Shown: piece after piece, positions 61,206 through 64,000 of the stretch
Numbering within the stretch: the stretch's first letter is position 1
Layout of the letters: every line of letters starts with the position of its first letter
Source of the DNA: Cetorhinus maximus
Taxonomy: Eukaryota
Assembly (NCBI RefSeq): GCF_964194155.1
Contig: NC_135905.1
Location: forward strand, 8,928,001-8,992,000
Length of the DNA: 64,000 nucleotides
Reading direction: 5' to 3'
The notes under the pieces: generated by a model
What the model saw: only the letters and a program-made list of their open reading frames with translations
Told to the model about the DNA's origin: nothing
The model's database searches: none
Made by a program: the position numbers and the translations under genes

Positions 61206-62008
61206 CCAGCAAATGTACATCACTGAGGTGAGAGGCATTGGAAGAACTCAAAACCATGACTGTTGGATGCTGTGTGTTTAACTTTCATAAAACAACCAAG
61301 ACTTGAATTTTCAAAGATGTTCCCTTTTTAAATAAAGTAATGGGTTATGTGTGATATTTTAGGAGAGTGGGAAGACGTTGACAATTTCTTATTCAGCAAT
61401 GCTGTTTTTTGCTGCATTCCCTATAAGCTTTGTTGAATTGTATTATTGCCCCACCATCATTTTGAGCTCCTCACATGCCTCATGCTAAAGTGTAGCCACC
61501 TCCAGCTGTGGAGGAAATTATTTCCTAGTGGGCACAGTCTTTTATGCTGCCCCCAATGATCCACTGACAGGGAGTATGGCTTTATGACATTTATTGCTGC
61601 AGTTACCCTGCTCTGCTCCCAAGATAACTACTTTCTCCTTGGTAACATTAATTTTAAGTGCGATATTGAATGCCGCAAGGAACCATGCCTTGATTGCAAA
61701 AACAGCCTTGAAGGTTTGCCTGTAACGCATTCGTTTTTCACGTGCTCCCAGGTTACTGACTCTCTCTTCACTATTTCCCCCCCCAACTCAAAAGTGTCAT
61801 GATGCCAATTGAACTGATTCAGATTAAACCCAGAGGTCTCAAATTTACCCTTCTCCTATCCCAATGCAAAATGCTCAATGACCAATGCAAATGCTCTGAA
61901 AATTAGAGAGCCATTTTAAGTGTTTGATTTTTACTGCTCCGTTCAAAGCTAGTGTTTAATTCACAAGAGCGCTCTAAAATGCCTTTTTGGTTTTGTTTTT
62001 GGATTCAG

Positions 62009-62161
62009 ATTTCTTCCTCGTTCAACAACTTGGACCCATTTGGCACTGGACAGACCCTCCCGCTTCTAGATATCCCACAGAAAGCAGTTCAGCCCACCGT
62101 GGTGCTTCCGTTGAAAAAACCCCCCAAGTGGATCCGCCGGCCTGTGGGGGCATCATTCGCT
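62009..62161 (+). CDS. SEC31B: SEC31B coding exon 9
   Basis: [51 protein letters not shown]; CAG|..|GTGAGT; 153 nt. Confidence 0.96.
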
Positions 62162-63885
62162 GTGAGTCGTGTCTTATTACGTAGGCCGTTTGATCGTTGA
62201 AACACTGTTCCCAATCTTCTCTGGTGTCAAGGCATGCCTGTACTTTAAGGTCTAACCAGCCGTCTAACTGTGGAGTTGTCACGTGTTGTACCTGAAACAG
62301 GAATGCCAAACCAATTACAGCATCAAACAAAGCCACAGGCGATGCAGCTGTAATATTAATATTCAGACCCTGTGTGAACAACCTGTTAGAGAAAAATGTC
62401 ATTGACTTGCTTCCTTGCTCCTACCCCTCCCCTCATTTTCCCCCCTAAAGTTGGCTGTTGGCTAGATTTGTTGTCAGAGCTCTGAGCTGTTAGTTATCCC
62501 ATCAGATATTCAGTATAGCACCACCATTTGGGCTATGTTTTATTCCACACTGCTCAGCTTGAAAACTTACAAAGGGTAGACTTTTCAGGTCAATCTTTGG
62601 CTAAAAGATAGCTTGTAAGGACATTTCCTTGTGCATTTTTCATTTGCTTTCCTCAAAAGCTGTTTTTTTTCCACACTTTGATGTGGCCATTCAGGGTCTA
62701 TATGATTTGCCAGGTCCAAGGAAATAAGCCAGAAAGTTGTCCAGAAAATGCGGCTCATTATACAGGCTTCTTCCACTTCTTACTACTCGAAGAGTGTCCG
62801 AAGCTAATCCACAAGATGGAGAAATCACATATAGTCTTAGCTTATTGATGGATCTGTTGGTTTTATCTCTGCAGTAATTTCCCGCTTAGAACAATATTAC
62901 GCTTTGGTGGTTTACCTTGAAATCTATTTATTCCAAATTTGCAAATGTTCGTGGGATAGAGGGCAATAAGCCCGCATCTTACCAGGCCTCAGCCAGTCAC
63001 AGCAAGCATGTAATCGGGTTATACTGGCAGTGCATGTGTGACAGTCATTGTGGTAGGTTTCAGCCTGGGACCAAACTGGGCCATTTCAAGAAAGTCGGAG
63101 AGCATTGTATCATTGTGGACATCTTTCCCCATTAAGAGCTGACTTCGTGTTTTCGAAAAATGAAACACTGTGTTTGTTTCTTTTTCGAAAGCAGGGAATG
63201 GCTCTGGGTGAGATTATCACTGCGTGATGCCAGGTAATATTCCACTGAATCATCATCTTGAATGAAGCCAAGTTCCTTTGAGTTTCACATGTATGAGCTT
63301 TTATCTGAGGCATCTGCAGAGTGCAAAAGATGTTATGTATAAAGTTGGGAAGATGCAGCAATGTCAGCCATGGCACTGAAAGCATTAAGCAGTAAAAGTT
63401 GGATTTCTCAAAGTTTGCCAAGATTCTCAGTGCATGTTTCCTGATTTCTGTGGGTCCCTTAGGATATTCTAGACCTAACAAGAAGTTGGTGTCCAAAAAA
63501 TGAGAACAAACTATTTCCGCAGTGTGGAGATGTCTTAATAAATTCAGAATATAGTTCCTGTGTACTGGCCCTGTTATGAAGTCAGTAAGATCAGTGTAGT
63601 AAAGTTAAAGAGCTCTGTATCTGCACCAGTTAATCTTATTCCTTAAAGGCAAAATCTCTTACTGAAGCCACATTTGTAGTTTCAGGCACATGCATGACCT
63701 TGGGGGATCTGCATTTAGACAATTGCAATTTAATCTGTTGGGCATGCTAAATTTATTTTAACATAGCTGAGAACGCTTCAGAGAGACTGGTTAAGCAAAG
63801 AATTTGAACCTTTGTAATTATACATAAAGAAGTCGAGGTTATCTTTCAGACCATGTCTTTTACCCGTGTGTCTTCAATATTGCAG

Positions 63886-64000
63886 TTCGGAGGGAAGCTG
63901 ATCACTTTTTCCAACTCGAAAGCTACTCCACCACAGATACAGCAGCCTGTTTCACGTCAAGTGTTTGTCAGTGTGGTTACTACGGAAACTGAATTTCTGT
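63886..64000 (+). CDS. SEC31B: SEC31B coding exon 10 (truncated by window end)
   Basis: CAG| FGGKLITFSNSKATPPQIQQPVSRQVFVSVVTTETEFL. Confidence 0.93.

Overview
This window is vertebrate genomic DNA, most likely from a shark or other cartilaginous fish, judged from its SacSINE1-type SINEs and its CR1, Penelope and Tx1 repeats. It holds the conserved HIF1AN<-/->NDUFB8->SEC31B gene cluster. HIF1AN (FIH-1) coding exon 1 is on the minus strand at 14942-15073; exon 2 was not found, so intron 1 appears longer than 14.9 kb. A complete 5-exon NDUFB8 (188 aa) is driven from a shared CpG-island bidirectional promoter. SEC31B contributes its 5' part: a probable non-coding exon 1 near 33.1 kb and ten coding exons, 44591 to the window end. 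Most ORFs in the supplied track are noise or TE fragments. Notable non-genic structure: (1) a decayed env-like fusion-glycoprotein gene with a PPT and an LTR-like segment between NDUFB8 and SEC31B; (2) Penelope-derived fold-back mini-elements carrying head-to-head minimal hammerhead ribozyme motifs; (3) a candidate 9-nt in-frame microexon in SEC31B; (4) a 3.3-kb mosaic 28/29-bp minisatellite in HIF1AN intron 1 that is open in frame with exon 1; (5) a six-copy YY1-like motif array in the SEC31B promoter; (6) a short SINE variant with a double GAAA-hairpin tail; (7) a Gmr1-type LTR retrotransposon with integrase before RT. All identifications come from reading the sequence and recalling family motifs. 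No database search was run.
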